From the NCBI RefSeq assembly GCF_009914755.1, contig NC_060930.1: a DNA stretch of 64,000 bases; one strand, 5' to 3'. The translations under genes were made by a program, and so were the position numbers. The notes beneath the pieces were generated by a model that worked only from the letters and a program-made list of their open reading frames with translations, did no database searches and had not been told where the DNA came from. Every line of letters starts with the position of its first letter. Positions within the stretch are counted from its first letter, which is position 1. This DNA is from the human T2T-CHM13v2.0 reference genome, Homo sapiens. This document shows, piece after piece, positions 1-13,130 of the stretch.

Positions 1-550
1 CCATTTACTGAAGACTGTTCTTTTCCCATTGAGTTACCTTGGCACCTAAGTTAAAAATCAGTCCGCCATCTATATGTGGATCTATGTCTGGCCTCTGTTC
101 TGTTCCAGTGATTTATGTAACTGTCCTTTCAGAAATCCAACACCGTCATGGTTAGTGTAGTTCCTTGTCAGCTCTGAGACTGGGTAGTGTGAGTCCTCCA
201 TTTTTTTTTTATCTTTTTCAAAATTGTTTTGGCTATTTTAATTTCCTTGAATTTCTATAAAAATTTTGGAATTGACTTGTCAATTTCTCAAAAAAAAAAC
301 CCTACCATAATTTTGATTTAGTTTATGTTGTATCTACAGATCGATTTGGGGAGAAATTATATCTTGAAATTGAATCTTTGATAAATTTGAACATGAAATG
401 TCATTGAAAATTGAACATGATAAATTTCTCCATTAATTTAGGTCTTATTTAATTTTTGCCAACAATGTTTTGTAGTTTTTAGCATATAAATCTCACATAA
501 ATTTTGTTAGAGCTATCCATAAGTATTTTACATTTTATGATACAATTGTA
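1..550 (-). mobile_element. Old L1 (L1M-type) ORF2 fragment, antisense, in CCR6 intron
   Basis: Matches degenerate antisense L1 ORF2 text (ccattta.tgaagactg..ttttcccattg..ggcacc..aaaatcag..ctctgttctgttcca..ggtagtgtga.tcctcca..ttttggctatt). Confidence 0.7.
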
Positions 551-583
551 TATATAATTATTGATACTATTATATATGATATA

Positions 584-591
<8 letters not shown>

Positions 592-643
<52 letters not shown>
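592..643. repeat. (TA)n microsatellite, about 26 units
   Basis: Direct reading. Confidence 0.97.
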
Positions 644-646
<3 letters not shown>

Positions 647-2390
647 TTAACATCCAAATGGTAATTCCAATTGGTGTATTTTATTTTACATATTGTATAT
701 TTCACCTCCCATGCCCTCCACCCCTGCCATGCTCTGCAGCTTAGAAAGAGTGTGTATCATTTCTCACTGTATTTGTTCTCCTCCTGCCAGGATCCATAAT
801 CCTGTGATGCCTAGTGCCGAGGTCTGAAAATGGTTGTTACATTTTGTAGGTTTTTCTAGTTGTTTAATGCAGCAGGGTGCCTTTGGTCTCTGTTGATCCA
901 CCGTGGCTGGAAGCTGAAGTTTAGCAGTGGTGTTCTGATTGCTGTGCTTCTTCTGATTGATACGATTACCTCGTCACATGCTTTTGCAACACAGGGGTCT
1001 ATACCACGCTTCTTCTGCATACTCTAAAGCACTCAACTGTATACCTGCTGGGATTACAAAAGTGCAGAGGTGACTCCATACCTTCCTCCAGCTTTTTAGG
1101 CCCAAAGCAGTGACTGAGGGGCAGTGAAGAACCGATCTCTAAGTTGTGACTCCAGGCATCAGGGAAGGAATGGGGTGGAGTAAATAATGAAATGAGAATC
1201 AAAATTATGTAAGAAATAGGTTTGGAAAATAATTCAGGGTGAACTTTGTGTTACATGGGCTTCCTCTCCAAAAGGTCAGTATCCACGTGGACTCGTAAGT
1301 GAGGACTGATATGACACAGTGTGGGGGGCGAGGAGGGCAGTTCCACTTTCTCTGCCTGTGCACCTGGGGCTGCACTTCCCTAGCTGCTCCCGCTTGGCAT
1401 GGCCAGGCCCACGTGGTGCGAGAGCAGGGAAAAGAGGAGGAAGATGGGCGATTGGCTGGGAAGCACATCCAACGTCAATATCAGAGCGTTTCAGGCCATG
1501 GATTTTACTGGGGGACGTCCAGGGCGTGTTAATAAACAGGATGATGGACAATGCTGGAAAGAAGGAGTGAGCCTGAGAATAGCGAAGGGTTTTTCTTTCT
1601 TTTTAAGTTTGCTTCAGATGGTGGATTTCAAAGCCCTTCGTCCTCAGGCGCTCCACAACCGCTCCAGCTCTTCCCGGTCTCCTGCTAAACTTCTTCAGCC
1701 TGGACCCATGCACCGCCACTGCTGGCGTTCCCAGCACACGGTATACTCCATTGTTTCCTGACAATCCAGTTGATTCGGCCAGGCTGGTTGCTAAGCTGTT
1801 TCACAAACATACAGGGCTCATGACTCAGGACTGCTCTTCAGCCTGAGACGAGCTGGTCACCTGAAGGAGATGGCGGTTCTCTGTCAATCATTGGCCCATA
1901 GCCTCACCATTCTCCAAGAACCCTGATCAGAGCCTCCTCCTCCAGGAAGTCTTTCCTAACTGTGCCAGCCTCCACCTTTCCTCTGGCATTTGGATTTCTG
2001 ATGATTAGGATGCCTCTGCCACAGCAGATTCATGCTTGTGACCTGGAATGTCTACTGGAAAGGTCTGCGGCTGTGGAGAAGCAGGTGCATTCCTCTCCAG
2101 CGCCTTCCCAGGCTGGAGCAGCTTGTTCAGTGTGTCTTGAGAACAGCACTCATAGTCAAACTTTAAATTCTACTGGAGATTCTCACATGCCCACAGGGGT
2201 GATCATCACTGACATATATTGTGAACGATTTAAAGCCCGGGACTATGAATTATACATTTTCTATGCGCTTTCACACTTCTATAGATTTTGTTCAGTAAAA
2301 TCTTGTTGAATGTTTTTAAATTTTGCGTAAAGATTTTTGTGCAGATCAAAACTTGTGGATTTCTGAGAGCACCTTATTTAACCAATAGAT

Positions 2391-2572
2391 CAAGGGTTGG
2401 CAAATTATAGCCTCTAGCCAACGGACCCCGGCGAGGCCTGTTCAGTTATGTAATTGTAGATGCTTTCAAGCTCCAAAGGCAGATTTGAGGAGCTGTGACA
2501 GAGACCATATGGCCTGAAAAGCCCTAAAATATTTACTATCTGGCCCTTTACAGAAAGAGGTTGCTGATGCCT
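2391..2572 (+). mobile_element. MER58A-like hAT-Charlie DNA transposon
   Basis: Ends caagggttggcaaa...gttgctgatgcct; diagnostic core gagaccatatggcc..aaagccctaaaatatttactatctggccctttacagaaa. Confidence 0.8.
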
Positions 2573-2711
2573 ATTCTCAATGAATATTTGTATGTAAAAT
2601 AGTGTGCTGTGCACTCTGTTCACACGAGATGGAATGCTGGTAACTTAACTGTCTGGCTCTCCAGGAATACCTGTGTTAACTGTAGTGCATTTTGCCTTCT
2701 TTCCTTCTTAG

Positions 2712-2817
2712 AGTCACCTCTACTTTCCTGCTACCGCTGCCTGTGAGCTGAAGGGGCTGAACCATACACTCCTTTTTCTACAACCAGCTTGCATTTTTTC
2801 TGCCCACAATGAGCGGG
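2712..2817 (+). other. CCR6: CCR6 penultimate exon (5' UTR + codons MSG)
   Basis: Acceptor ttttgccttctttccttcttag|2712; ATG at 2809; donor GGG|gtaaga at 2817/2818. Confidence 0.88.
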
Positions 2818-4029
2818 GTAAGATTTTTATTTTTGGCAAGGGGTATAATTTGGGTTCACTGTGGCTACTTGAACACTACACTGCAGCTAACTCTATCTTT
2901 GTTTCCTTTCCAGGAATCAATGAATTTCAGCGATGTTTTCGACTCCAGTGAAGATTATTTTGTGTCAGTCAATACTTCATATTACTCAGTTGATTCTGAG
3001 ATGTTACTGTGCTCCTTGCAGGAGGTCAGGCAGTTCTCCAGGCTATTTGTACCGATTGCCTACTCCTTGATCTGTGTCTTTGGCCTCCTGGGGAATATTC
3101 TGGTGGTGATCACCTTTGCTTTTTATAAGAAGGCCAGGTCTATGACAGACGTCTATCTCTTGAACATGGCCATTGCAGACATCCTCTTTGTTCTTACTCT
3201 CCCATTCTGGGCAGTGAGTCATGCCACCGGTGCGTGGGTTTTCAGCAATGCCACGTGCAAGTTGCTAAAAGGCATCTATGCCATCAACTTTAACTGCGGG
3301 ATGCTGCTCCTGACTTGCATTAGCATGGACCGGTACATCGCCATTGTACAGGCGACTAAGTCATTCCGGCTCCGATCCAGAACACTACCGCGCAGCAAAA
3401 TCATCTGCCTTGTTGTGTGGGGGCTGTCAGTCATCATCTCCAGCTCAACTTTTGTCTTCAACCAAAAATACAACACCCAAGGCAGCGATGTCTGTGAACC
3501 CAAGTACCAGACTGTCTCGGAGCCCATCAGGTGGAAGCTGCTGATGTTGGGGCTTGAGCTACTCTTTGGTTTCTTTATCCCTTTGATGTTCATGATATTT
3601 TGTTACACGTTCATTGTCAAAACCTTGGTGCAAGCTCAGAATTCTAAAAGGCACAAAGCCATCCGTGTAATCATAGCTGTGGTGCTTGTGTTTCTGGCTT
3701 GTCAGATTCCTCATAACATGGTCCTGCTTGTGACGGCTGCAAATTTGGGTAAAATGAACCGATCCTGCCAGAGCGAAAAGCTAATTGGCTATACGAAAAC
3801 TGTCACAGAAGTCCTGGCTTTCCTGCACTGCTGCCTGAACCCTGTGCTCTACGCTTTTATTGGGCAGAAGTTCAGAAACTACTTTCTGAAGATCTTGAAG
3901 GACCTGTGGTGTGTGAGAAGGAAGTACAAGTCCTCAGGCTTCTCCTGTGCCGGGAGGTACTCAGAAAACATTTCTCGGCAGACCAGTGAGACCGCAGATA
4001 ACGACAATGCGTCGTCCTTCACTATGTGA
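2809..4029 (+). CDS. CCR6: C-C chemokine receptor 6 (CCL20 receptor); join(2809..2817,2914..4029), 374 aa
   Basis: Spliced product MSG-ESMNFSDVFDSSEDY...; 7TM chemokine-receptor motifs TDVYLLN, DRYIAIV, CQIP, HCCLNPVLYAFIG; intron 2818-2913 has gt...tttccag ends; tandem stop TGA TAG. Confidence 0.98.
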   Translation: MSGVRFLFLARGIIWVHCGYLNTTLQLTLSLFPFQESMNFSDVFDSSEDYFVSVNTSYYSVDSEMLLCSLQEVRQFSRLFVPIAYSLICVFGLLGNILVVITFAFYKKARSMTDVYLLNMAIADILFVLTLPFWAVSHATGAWVFSNATCKLLKGIYAINFNCGMLLLTCISMDRYIAIVQATKSFRLRSRTLPRSKIICLVVWGLSVIISSSTFVFNQKYNTQGSDVCEPKYQTVSEPIRWKLLMLGLELLFGFFIPLMFMIFCYTFIVKTLVQAQNSKRHKAIRVIIAVVLVFLACQIPHNMVLLVTAANLGKMNRSCQSEKLIGYTKTVTEVLAFLHCCLNPVLYAFIGQKFRNYFLKILKDLWCVRRKYKSSGFSCAGRYSENISRQTSETADNDNASSFTM

Positions 4030-5321
4030 TAGAAAGCTGAGTCTCCCTAAGGCATGTGTGAAACATACTCATAGATGTTATGCAAAAAAAAGTCTATGGC
4101 CAGGTATGCATGGAAAATGTGGGAATTAAGCAAAATCAAGCAAGCCTCTCTCCTGCGGGACTTAACGTGCTCATGGGCTGTGTGATCTCTTCAGGGTGGG
4201 GTGGTCTCTGATAGGTAGCATTTTCCAGCACTTTGCAAGGAATGTTTTGTAGCTCTAGGGTATATATCCGCCTGGCATTTCACAAAACAGCCTTTGGGAA
4301 ATGCTGAATTAAAGTGAATTGTTGACAAATGTAAACATTTTCAGAAATATTCATGAAGCGGTCACAGATCACAGTGTCTTTTGGTTACAGCACAAAATGA
4401 TGGCAGTGGTTTGAAAAACTAAAACAGAAAAAAAAATGGAAGCCAACACATCACTCATTTTAGGCAAATGTTTAAACATTTTTATCTATCAGAATGTTTA
4501 TTGTTGCTGGTTATAAGCAGCAGGATTGGCCGGCTAGTGTTTCCTCTCATTTCCCTTTGATACAGTCAACAAGCCTGACCCTGTAAAATGGAGGTGGAAA
4601 GACAAGCTCAAGTGTTCACAACCTGGAAGTGCTTCGGGAAGAAGGGGACAATGGCAGAACAGGTGTTGGTGACAATTGTCACCAATTGGATAAAGCAGCT
4701 CAGGTTGTAGTGGGCCATTAGGAAACTGTCGGTTTGCTTTGATTTCCCTGGGAGCTGTTCTCTGTCGTGAGTGTCTCTTGTCTAAACGTCCATTAAGCTG
4801 AGAGTGCTATGAAGACAGGATCTAGAATAATCTTGCTCACAGCTGTGCTCTGAGTGCCTAGCGGAGTTCCAGCAAACAAAATGGACTCAAGAGAGATTTG
4901 ATTAATGAATCGTAATGAAGTTGGGGTTTATTGTACAGTTTAAAATGTTAGATGTTTTTAATTTTTTAAATAAATGGAATACTTTTTTTTTTTTTTTAAA
5001 GAAAGCAACTTTACTGAGACAATGTAGAAAGAAGTTTTGTTCCGTTTCTTTAATGTGGTTGAAGAGCAATGTGTGGCTGAAGACTTTTGTTATGAGGAGC
5101 TGCAGATTAGCTAGGGGACAGCTGGAATTATGCTGGCTTCTGATAATTATTTTAAAGGGGTCTGAAATTTGTGATGGAATCAGATTTTAACAGCTCTCTT
5201 CAATGACATAGAAAGTTCATGGAACTCATGTTTTTAAAGGGCTATGTAAATATATGAACATTAGAAAAATAGCAACTTGTGTTACAAAAATACAAACACA
5301 TGTTAGGAAGGTACTGTCATG

Positions 5322-5880
<559 letters not shown>

Positions 5881-6752
5881 TCAGGCTTTCTCATGTCCTT
5901 CAAATCTGTTAGCGTTTGACTCTAGAAATCAAAGCAAAGGAGTGGTTACCCAGACACTTCTTTTGGTGTGATCAATGCGCTGATGTGATCTATGAAGATG
6001 ATTCATGCTTGAAAACTAGCACAGAAACATCTTGCTTATTTGCCAAAGCTGGGAGATGAGCTTCTCTGCATAATTTAAATGTTCAGATAAATGAAGCTGA
6101 CTTATTTAAGCAATAACCTTTTAAACATTTTAGCTAAGATGTATAAAAATGTTTCCAAAATATACCACATACTTTATTTCTTCTTAAATGTAGTACATTA
6201 GGTTACATCATTTTTCTTGCTGTCTTGGGCATCAAAACAGGTGCCATGGTAACCTGACACTCTCAGGAGACATTAAGATAGAAGGGGCTGTTCTTCAGTG
6301 GTTCCCATTGATTCTCCCCATATCTTTTTGCTCTCAGGCTCTGGCCGTCTCTTCCTGAGCCTTAACTGTGTCTGCCGTTAGTCCTCCTCTCCACTCATTG
6401 CAAACATTATTCTATATGTTTGGTGGGGACATCAGCTATCTGCGCTTGTCAGAATTGTCTATTAATAGGGGCAATGTGTTAGAACCTCCAAGTATTCAAT
6501 TATTTCTGGATACGTGAGATCTTACTGTATGTAAATCTCAACATTTAGGTACTTAAGTATTACCTTGCAAACTGTACGTGATTTGCTTCTCAGGACAGAC
6601 AGACTGGATTTTAAATGAGGCCAGAAAAACACAATATTTTCAAATCCTTTTAAGACTTGTGGTGATGTGTGCAAATTACAGGCATTCTGGAGATATGTGT
6701 ACAGAGAATGTGGTCTCAATGAACGCAGTGTACATGCTATAGTCTGCTAGGA

Positions 6753-7070
6753 CATTAGTTTGCTGGGGCTGCCCTAACAAAATACTACAGACTGAGTGGC
6801 TTAAACAACACATTTATTTCTCACATTTTTAGAGGCTGGTTAAGGTGTTGGCAGGGTTGGTTTCTCCTGAGGCCTCAAATGGCTTTTCCTCTGTGAGCTG
6901 ACGCTTCTTATAAGGACACTAGTCAGATTGGATTACAGCCCACCGAAAAGGCCCTTTTAACTTAATCACCGGTTTAAAATCCCAGTCTCTAAATATCACA
7001 ACTTTCTGAGATACTGAGGGTTGGGACTTTGACATATGAATTTTAAGGGGACACCATCCAGCCCCTAACA
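6753..7070 (-). mobile_element. MLT1-family MaLR solo LTR
   Basis: attagtttgct.gggctgcc.taacaaa..tac.acagactgagtggcttaaacaaca...ccagcccctaaca is the antisense MLT1 signature. Confidence 0.8.
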
Positions 7071-7273
7071 TCTATTTCCCTGAAGGTGGGGCATATTTTC
7101 CTATTAAAGTTAACCTGAAACATGTGAGAATTTCTTTGTACATACTTTCCGCCTTTCCAATAAGTTATGTTCCAAACATTCATTCCCATTTCGGCTTTTC
7201 AGGTGCAGACCTCACAGAGAGATGACAGAGAAGGGTTGTGGTCCCCAGTGAGACAACGCCTGCCTATCTAACC

Positions 7274-7335
7274 TGCACAGCCTTGAGCTCCAGCACCCAC
7301 CCGTGCACAGCCTTGAGCTCCAGCACCCACCCGTG
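7274..7335. repeat. Perfect 30-bp tandem duplication
   Basis: tgcacagccttgagctccagcacccacccg x2. Confidence 0.95.
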
Positions 7336-7748
7336 GTGCAAGTTTCAGTATCTGATCCCAGTGGTTCACCTACTGCCCTGACCTCTGCCCTGAGGTGTGG
7401 CATCTCCTCCCTTCCCAGTTCTCTGACAGGGAAGTGGGGAATTTCCCCAAGTCTGAGTGGCCTCCATATTCAAAGCAGAGACATCCCCCTCTCAGCTGTG
7501 GACCTAGGGATGGTGATCTCAGCTGTGGCAGCAGAAAGCAGCTGTGATAGCCCAGGGGAGGCCAGGCCCTATTCTGCCCCCTATTTGTATAAACAGAGCA
7601 TTCAAGGCTCATGACTTCAGCGGGGCTCTCTGTTGTCTTAATCTCATTCTTGGGGCACATTCTCCTGTAGGACACAGAAGGAGGTGGCATTTTACATTTA
7701 CCATTAGATGATTTGAGTCATTGCAGCCTCACAGCACAGCTGCCCTGA

Positions 7749-8025
7749 TGCATTCTACATTCTGCTGGCTGCTGTGTGGAGAACCTGACATGTTCATGGT
7801 CTTTGTGCTCAGGGATTTCACGGAATAAAGAGGCTGCAGCATTCGGATGAAGGCCACCCTCGCTCTGGCATGTTTGCAGAGCTTGGGGTGGTCTGCATTC
7901 TACATTCCGCTGGCTGCTCTGAGAATCTGATGCACTCAGTCTTTGTGATCTCACAGAATAAAGAGGCTGCAGCATTCGGACGAAGGCCCCTCGCTCTGGT
8001 GTGTTTGCAGAGCTCAGGGTGGTTT
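7749..8025. repeat. Diverged tandem duplication, ~145-bp unit x2
   Basis: Units start 7749 and 7894 (tgcattctacatt..gctggctgc...gaataaagaggctgcagcattcgga...ctcgctctgg..tgtttgcagagct). Confidence 0.9.
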
Positions 8026-9023
8026 GCTGTGACCTGATTTCATGCTTATGACTCAGTATGCACAGCTGCAATCTTCTTCCTTGTGTTGCATTTGCCAATA
8101 GCATGATATTCCTGATGCCTTATTTAGGTAAATCCATATAAGAGCTAAGGCAGGAACGATTTATTTTCTACTTCTTGGCTGATTCCTCTCTTCATTGAGA
8201 GTCCAGGTGGACAGTCAGGAATGATGGGCAGAGTGCTGTTCTCCTCACCTCGAGGCTGTCCTCAGCACAAGGGAGCTGTTGTACCTCCTTCCAGCCCATT
8301 TCCATTCTAGACAACAAGAAGCAGGATGCGGGAAGCAGGTGGCCTTAAAGACACAACTGGAAAGCTGTGGAAATCATTTCTGCTCCCAAGGTGGGAGCCT
8401 TCACTTAGTCACATGGTTACAGCCAGGTGAAAGAAAGTCTGGGATGCTCTTCAGCGGGTGGCCGTGTGTCCATGTGCACGCAGTAATCACAAACACACCA
8501 TGTAAGAAGGGGGAGAGATACTGAGAAAACCACTTTCATGGAGGGGAGGCAGCCGGACTCCTCTCTTTAACCAGAGGGGAGGGTCTGCATCTCCCCAGCT
8601 GTAGGTAAGCGGTAGCCGAGGCAGCCCACTAGGCCAAGGCCACTCAGGAGATATGGCTGGCCCTGTGCAGCAAGTCTAGGGTCACCTGGGATGCGCCCTG
8701 TACACAGGGGCCTCTTCTCCTGTAGCCCACTAATAATTACCACAGTGCCCACAGCCGGTCCATCTAAATGTTCAGAATACTGTATTTAGAATTAGTGTTA
8801 ACATTTGAATAAGGTTTCATTTTTCTGCCTAACATTGAAAGATGAACTGGATTCTTGGATGTCACATAACATTTTGGGGTCCCCTTTCTGAACCTAGAAT
8901 GTAAATAGATGAGCTAGCACTTCTCTTCACGCCAGTGGGGAGCAAATGCGATTCCTAAAGTCCTGGCTTCACCAGGAGCCGAGCTCCTGAGCCTTCCAGG
9001 GGTGCCTCTGCCCTGGACAGGGC

Positions 9024-9042
9024 GCTGCTGCCCTCTGGTGCG
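9024..9042 (-). promoter_or_regulatory. Candidate CTCF site
   Basis: Minus strand reads CGCACCAGAGGGCAGCAGC, close to the CTCF core consensus, in a local CpG-containing patch. Confidence 0.65.
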
Positions 9043-12000
9043 CGAGCCGCCTCCCAGCGCCTGCACCTGCTCCTGGAGACGCTCACCTTCCCGGCTGTTG
9101 CCCTAATTCTGCAACGTGTCAAAGGACAAATGTCACATGTATGTCTTAGCGGGGAAACTCTACAGTTTATTTTGGATAATAAGTATGTGAAATTAATACA
9201 ATCTTATACTATCTTCTTGCACCCGTGGCGTAAAATCTTCAGAAAAATATCACTGCACTATTGCTGCTGTTCATTTTTCTCCTTGTTGCTTTTAACATTC
9301 ACAATAGTAGATTGGCTCTTTCCTTTTTATTTTATTTTATTTTTTTGCTATGTGAACATATACATAGCAGAATAAATATATGTATAAATCAGGAAATACA
9401 GCATCTATATATTTTTATGGCAGATAATGTAGAATGACTTTTAGGATATTAAGTTAATAAAAAGAAGATATGTAAAATGATGTAATCTCTACTCACCAAG
9501 AATTCATTATGCAAGTCCAAAATTAAGGAGAAAGGTAAATAAACATTCCAGGCAACCTCCCTTTTCCACCTTTGTGAATCACGGCACATCTGATTGTGCA
9601 CTAGGATGGCAGAGGAGTGTGTGTGACCCTGGGCGAGCTGGCTTTCATGGTGGTCCTTGCTGCCTTTGGGCCCCCAGGTGTCCAGGTGGGGCAGGAGAGG
9701 TGGTGCTGCCTGGAGGCAGCCTCTCCTTAGGAAAAGCCTTCTCAGGACCCCTGTCCCTCTAGTCCTCTGCAGACCTGACTTGACACCATCTCACACGGAT
9801 GCATGAGAGGCCGTGGCCAGGGGTGCCCTCTGAGAACCAGCCCCCTGGCCCTGTCCTTCAGCCTTCTGGGCCTCCTTACTTACTTTTCTCCAGGGAATGT
9901 GATAGAGACAACGTGGCTGGCGGCGGGGCTGGGGGTGCAACCAGGGGAGAGCTCGTGCTCTGAGATCTCTCCCGTTAGCTGTTTGCTCTGCTCGCCGCTC
10001 ACTCTAACCAGCTACAGAGCATCTATTCTGTGGTGTGGGCAGCTGCCCACCACCCTTGCCTCCTGGGTCCATGGCTGAGCCACCTTGTGCAGCCCCTGGG
10101 GACTCTGTGGGGCATGGGACTGAGGTCTGGCTGGAGATGCCTGAACACAGGTGAAACGCATCATTTCCAGGTCTGGTGCACAAAACCACTCGCTTTCTCC
10201 TGAAGGCCGGAGGGAGCAGGCACAGGAGACCTTGGAAACAGCTGCTGGAAACAGCAGAACCTGAATACACTGACCCTCCATGTGCCTGGTGCTACTGTGT
10301 GAGCAAGAAATGAACTTCTGTTGGGTTTGAGTCAACCTACATTGAATTTTGTTTCATGATTTACTCATCCGAGGCATGGGCCATCGTTCTGAGCTGTCCC
10401 CAGGCCTGACTCTCCATGGCTCTGGCTGAGGTCCTTCCACCCGCCCTCCTTCCTCCCCACTCACGTGTGCCCATCAGCCTTGGTGGAAGCTTTGCTCAGG
10501 AGATGTGGTGTTGCAGGGGCTCTGCCATCTTCTGTGGCCAGTTCCAGGGCCCAGGGCATTGGCTCTCCCCCAACCCTTTGTCGCCAGTTTCAAAGGTGGA
10601 AGCCACCCTCCCCAGCAAAGGTGGACCTGGCCTGGGCTGTGCCTGTTGATTGTCCTAAACTCCACTCCCTAGCGGTGCTGCACACCCACACCCCTGCCCT
10701 GGGCCTGCCGTGGGTCAAGTGGAAGATTGTTCCCATCAAATAGTAAAGAGGAAAGTGAGATGGATGCAAATCCCAAACCCCACTTCCGTATTCTGCCCTC
10801 TCTCCACCTGGTCTTCTGCCTGTTTCCAATGCTCCCATTCACTCTGGAGCCCCTGGAGTTTGGCCCCTGCCCCCATCCCACCAAGCTGTCTTCAAGAAGG
10901 CTGCCCTGTGCCCTATGCAGCCAATGCAGCAGACGCCTCTCAGCTGCCTCCTGCAGGTAGCACGAGCCCTTCTCCAGGGCCCGGGCAGTGGGCTTTGCTC
11001 TCCTCCCTCTCAGGTGGGCAGCTCCATCTCTGCCTCACTTTGGCCCCTCCAACTTTATTTGACCCTGACATGCAGTGGTGCTCCTGACGCCAGGTGGGGT
11101 TTCTCTTTCTCCTCTCCCTGCATCCTCTCCCCAGGCCACCCTATCTCCCCTGGACTTCAGGACGGCACACAGGCCGATGGCACCAGCATGTGCATCTCAA
11201 CTCTAGATCTTCCTCAAGGACCCTGCCAGGCCTGACCCCGTGCAGTCCTCATTGCCCCTCTCCTCCATCTTCTTCCCTTCCTGCTGCAAGTCCGGCCCCA
11301 TGGCTGTGCCCCTTCTTCCCTAGGTCATGTCTTCCCTGCCCTGGGACAGCCGCCTCTACCTGGCACTCATCTCTGGCTCCTCGGCGTGGATCAGGTGGGC
11401 TCACCCTGCAAGGTTGTACATGTGGACCCTCCTGCCAATGCTGCACCCTCTTCTTGGCCTCCTTGCTTCACATACACTCACCTATCTGCCTGTTCATGGA
11501 TTTGTCCTGTGCATCTTACTTTCCATAGCCTGTGTCCCCAATGGAGGTGAAGCAGAGTTAGGGATGCATTGTGTCATAAGGAGTCATGCACTCAAGACCT
11601 ACATGCAGTTATTATGCAGGTAAAGAAAAGGCTCTTAGTACCACTTCAAGGGCCATGTCCGTCCAACCATCCTTGACTTCTTGGTTTGGGCTGCACTTGT
11701 GATTCCATTGTGCTTTGTAAATAAATACCACCTAGAGCAATTACAAATGCATCACCTTTATTTTTGTTTGCATGATAAGAGGCCCCTAAAGTGAGTTCTT
11801 TGGCAGGGAATAGCTTTTCAATTCTGAGTCCCTAGTTTGAGAAACATCCATCAGGCATATAATTGTCACTCAGATGTTTTCTTCTGCGTAAACTCTTCAG
11901 TCCAATCTACAGCATGAACATCACTGTTCCAGGCTTGTCTCGGTAAGATGAGTCACAGGGGCAGGTGAGATGTCCTGAGGTTGCATCGTGGAATAAGCAG

Positions 12001-12939
12001 TGAATTTATTAAGCCATGGTTAGTAGTAATAAGCTGAATGCGAGGTGGGTCAAAGCAACATGTGCTATTATCTGAGTCTGTTTTGATGCCATATTTCTCG
12101 GAGAAGCAAATGTGTAACCCTCTTTTTGGGTATTACTTAGATCTTGTCTTTTAAATGGCAGGTTTGGCTTCCTTAACTCTCGCCTAGAGATTTTCAGACC
12201 ACGTCAATATTTTGCAACCAAAGGAGGGATGCTGGGCCGGCTGGCTGCCAACCATGACTACCCCGAGGCTCCTGCTGGCTGTTACAGTTGTCATGGTTCA
12301 GAGGGCAGCTGGGGCCCCAGAGGGTCTCAGTGAGGGTGGGCGGGGCTGAGGGGAGGGCGCTCACCTACCCGCCACCAGCGCCCAGTGGGGCCACTCCATC
12401 TGCCGGCTGGATATGAACGGGTGTTGCGCCTGTGGTGGTTCCAGATCAGTCTGTGTCATCTTCCATCCCCACCCCTCTGCCACCCATGAAGGGTGGTGGG
12501 TGTCCTCTGCCCCGTCTGCTAATGAAGCTATTTTCATCAGTTCCCCCACCCCACTCACTCCTTACGTACCAAGCAATTCGGTGATGAAGTCACTGGTTTC
12601 CAGTACATTGCCTACATTTTAATTCTTTGTTTCCTTTCTTTCCTTTTTTTTTTAAAGCAGGTTTTCATTTGTGACCTTCATATTGGCAAAAGAAACAATT
12701 AATGCATTTTTCTAGACAGCAAGCTCTTAAAATTGTAGGATTCTGGTGTTCGAAATTTTTTGAAACACAAAATGTTTTGTAATACAATAAAAGCTCTAAC
12801 TGCTTTTAGCCTGTTGTAGGTAAAATAATGCAATCACACGTGTGCTCCAGGCACCGTGGACTCATTATGGAACAGGATTGGAGCCTTTTGAAAACAGATG
12901 TATGAGGAGGGCTTCAGAGTTTTAGTAAATATGAGAAGA

Positions 12940-13130
12940 AGGAGTCATTAAAGACGAGGGTGTTTCCTTTCCCGGCGGAATTTTTCTAGCCATTCATGTG
13001 CACACAGAAACCAAAACCCTCCGCGCAGGTTCTTCTGCGCACTGCGCTGCTCCCAGCGCAGAGGGGCCGTGTTCCGGGAACACGTTTCCTGCTCTAAAAC
13101 GTCCGGTGTGTTCCGGCCCAAGTGCCTGCT
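12940..13130. promoter_or_regulatory. Candidate enhancer: CpG-rich patch with perfect GAS/STAT site
   Basis: TTCCGGGAA at 13072-13080, ETS-like GGAA cores, TGCGCACTGCGC, retained CpGs in non-repeat DNA. Confidence 0.45.

Noticed and set aside
2809-4029. 406-aa ORF as the canonical CCR6 protein
   Set aside because: It includes a 96-nt intron with consensus splice sites; the spliced form is 374 aa
9574-11623. Dense cluster of overlapping 60-145 aa ORFs
   Set aside because: GC-rich intergenic DNA with no homology, splice pattern or codon bias that I can recognise
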